This document shows positions 62,441 to 64,000 of a stretch of DNA of 64,000 nucleotides, in pieces. The stretch is from positions 320,001 to 384,000 of the forward strand of contig CAVVKJ010000005.1 in NCBI GenBank assembly GCA_963748815.1. Direction: 5' to 3'. The notes under the pieces were generated by a model that saw only the letters and a program-made list of their open reading frames with translations, made no database searches and was not told where the DNA came from. A program made the translations under genes and the position numbers. Positions within the stretch are counted from its first letter, which is position 1. The number at the start of each line of letters is the position of its first letter. This stretch comes from an uncultured Gemmatimonadales bacterium. Its GTDB lineage: Bacteria > Gemmatimonadota > Gemmatimonadetes > Gemmatimonadales > GWC2-71-9.

Positions 62441-64000
62441 ATGGCGAAGTCGACGACCAAGAAATCCGCGAAGCCGAAGTCCGCGTCGCCCAAGGCGGCG
62501 GGGAAGCAGGCGCCTGCCGTGAAGGCCAGGGCGAAGGGCAAGGCCGTGGCGGCGCCGAAGGCCGCCAAGGCGGCGGCCCCGAAGGCCAAGGTCACGAAGG
62601 CCAAGGCCGCCAAGAGCGCGGGTCGGCGCCGGCACCACCCTCGTCATCGTGGAGTCCCCGACCAAGGCGCGCACGATCCGCGGCTTCCTTCCCGCCGGTT
62701 ACCGCGTCGAGGCCTCGATGGGCCACGTCCGCGACCTGCCGGGCGACGCCAAGTCGATTCCCGCCAAGTACAAGGAATTCGAGTGGGCTCGACTGGGGGT
62801 CAACGTCGACAACGACTTCGAGCCGCTCTACGTCGTCTCGCCGGACAAGCGAGCGGTGGTGCGCGACCTCAAGGCCGCCGTGAAGGACGTGGACCAGCTG
62901 CTGCTCGCGACGGACGAAGACCGCGAGGGGGAGAGCATCAGCTGGCACTTGCTGCAGCTGCTGGAGCCCGACATTCCGGTGCGCCGGATGGTCTTCCACG
63001 AAATCACCAGGGAGGCCATCGCCGAGGCGCTGGCCAATCCCCGCGAAATCGACGACCGCCTGGTCCGGGCGCAGGAAACCCGCCGCATCCTCGACCGCCT
63101 CGTCGGCTACACCCTCTCGCCGCTGCTGTGGAAGAAGATCGCCTTCGGGCTGTCGGCCGGCCGGGTGCAGTCGGTGGCCATGCGCCTGCTCGTCGTGCGC
63201 GAACGGGAGCGGCGCGCCTTCCGCTCCGCGGCGTACTGGGACCTGCTGGCGGGACTGCGCCACGGCGGCCAGGCGTTCGAGGCGGAACTGGTGCAGCTCG
63301 GCGGGAAGCGGCTGGCCAGCGGCAAGGACTTCGACGAGCGGACCGGCAAGCTGCTCGCGGGGCGCGACGTGGTCGTGCTCGGCGAACCCGAGGCGACGGC
63401 GCTGGCCGCCACGACGGCCAAGGCGACCTGGCTCGTGTCCGCCACCGAGGAGAAGCCGGGCATCCGGCGCCCGTCGCCGCCGTTCACCACCTCCACGCTC
63501 CAGCAGGAAGCCAATCGCAAGCTTCGGCTGAGCGCCCGCGACGCCATGCGGGCGGCCCAGGGCCTCTACGAGCGCGGCTTCATCACCTACATGCGGACCG
63601 ACTCGGTGCACCTGTCCGAGCAGGCCATCACCGCGGCGCGCGCCTCGGTCACCGAGCTCTACGGCAAGGAGTACGTGCCGGACGCCCCGCGCCGGTACGC
63701 GAACAAGAGCGCCAACGCCCAGGAGGCCCACGAGGCCATCCGGCCCGCCGGGGCGGCGTTCCGTCACCCGAAGTCCACCGGGCTCGACGGCCGGGACCTG
63801 GCCCTGTACGAACTGATCTGGAAGCGGACGATGGCGTCGCAAATGGCCGACGCGCGGCAGACGTCCATGTCGGTCACGTTCGACGTGGGAGACGCCACCT
63901 TCCGTTCCACCGGAAAGCGGATCGACTTCCCCGGCTTCCTCCGCGCCTACGTGGAGGGAAGCGACGACCCGGAGGCGGCGCTCGAGGACCGCGAAGTCAT
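62441..64000 (+). CDS. topA: DNA topoisomerase I, 5' part (runs off the window; frameshift ~62620 after a Lys/Ala-rich N-terminal tail)
   Basis: [65 protein letters not shown]. Confidence 0.95.
   Translation, partial: MAKSTTKKSAKPKSASPKAAGKQAPAVKARAKGKAVAAPKAAKAAAPKAKVTKAKAAKSAGRRRHHPRHRGVPDQGAHDPRLPSRRLPRRGLDGPRPRPAGRRQVDSRQVQGIRVGSTGGQRRQRLRAALRRLAGQASGGARPQGRREGRGPAAARDGRRPRGGEHQLALAAAAGARHSGAPDGLPRNHQGGHRRGAGQSPRNRRPPGPGAGNPPHPRPPRRLHPLAAAVEEDRLRAVGRPGAVGGHAPARRARTGAARLPLRGVLGPAGGTAPRRPGVRGGTGAARREAAGQRQGLRRADRQAARGARRGRARRTRGDGAGRHDGQGDLARVRHRGEAGHPAPVAAVHHLHAPAGSQSQASAERPRRHAGGPGPLRARLHHLHADRLGAPVRAGHHRGARLGHRALRQGVRAGRPAPVREQERQRPGGPRGHPARRGGVPSPEVHRARRPGPGPVRTDLEADDGVANGRRAADVHVGHVRRGRRHLPFHRKADRLPRLPPRLRGGKRRPGGGARGPRSH

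Overview
A high-GC bacterial chromosomal segment, most consistent with Gemmatimonadota (inferred from protein style and gene order, not proven). It carries many single-base frameshifts, including in housekeeping genes, so it looks like an unpolished long-read assembly. It is a cell-envelope super-locus with four parts. (1) 0.4-12.4 kb: an operon of TonB-dependent receptor, a ~1,340-aa secreted protein ending in a type IX secretion (T9SS)-like C-terminal Ig sorting domain, a PorV-family barrel, a GWxTD protein and a repeat lipoprotein. (2) 12.4-32 kb: arylsulfotransferase, ABC exporter and ctaB; an APC permease; a second TonB-dependent receptor; and lptFG divergent from a ~2,015-aa SprA/Sov T9SS-translocon homologue that is coupled to a glutaminyl-cyclase-like M28 lipoprotein and followed by comEA. 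(3) 32-62 kb: a Myxococcus/Geobacter-style type IVa pilus cluster (pilBTC, pilSR, two pilins, a second sensor/sigma54 activator pair, minor pilins, pilMNOPQ, aroCK). Its three sigma54 promoters share a 25-bp IHF-like box, and a ~9-kb arsenic-resistance/efflux block flanked by ~80-bp direct repeats interrupts it. (4) The 5' part of topA with a Lys/Ala-rich N-terminal tail. The main candidate novel system is a minimal T9SS-like pathway outside Bacteroidota: SprA, a dedicated PorV, a CTD cargo paired with a TonB receptor, GWxTD and a glutaminyl cyclase, with Gln at +1 of most signal-peptide proteins. No rRNA, tRNA, CRISPR array, integrase or transposase was found.
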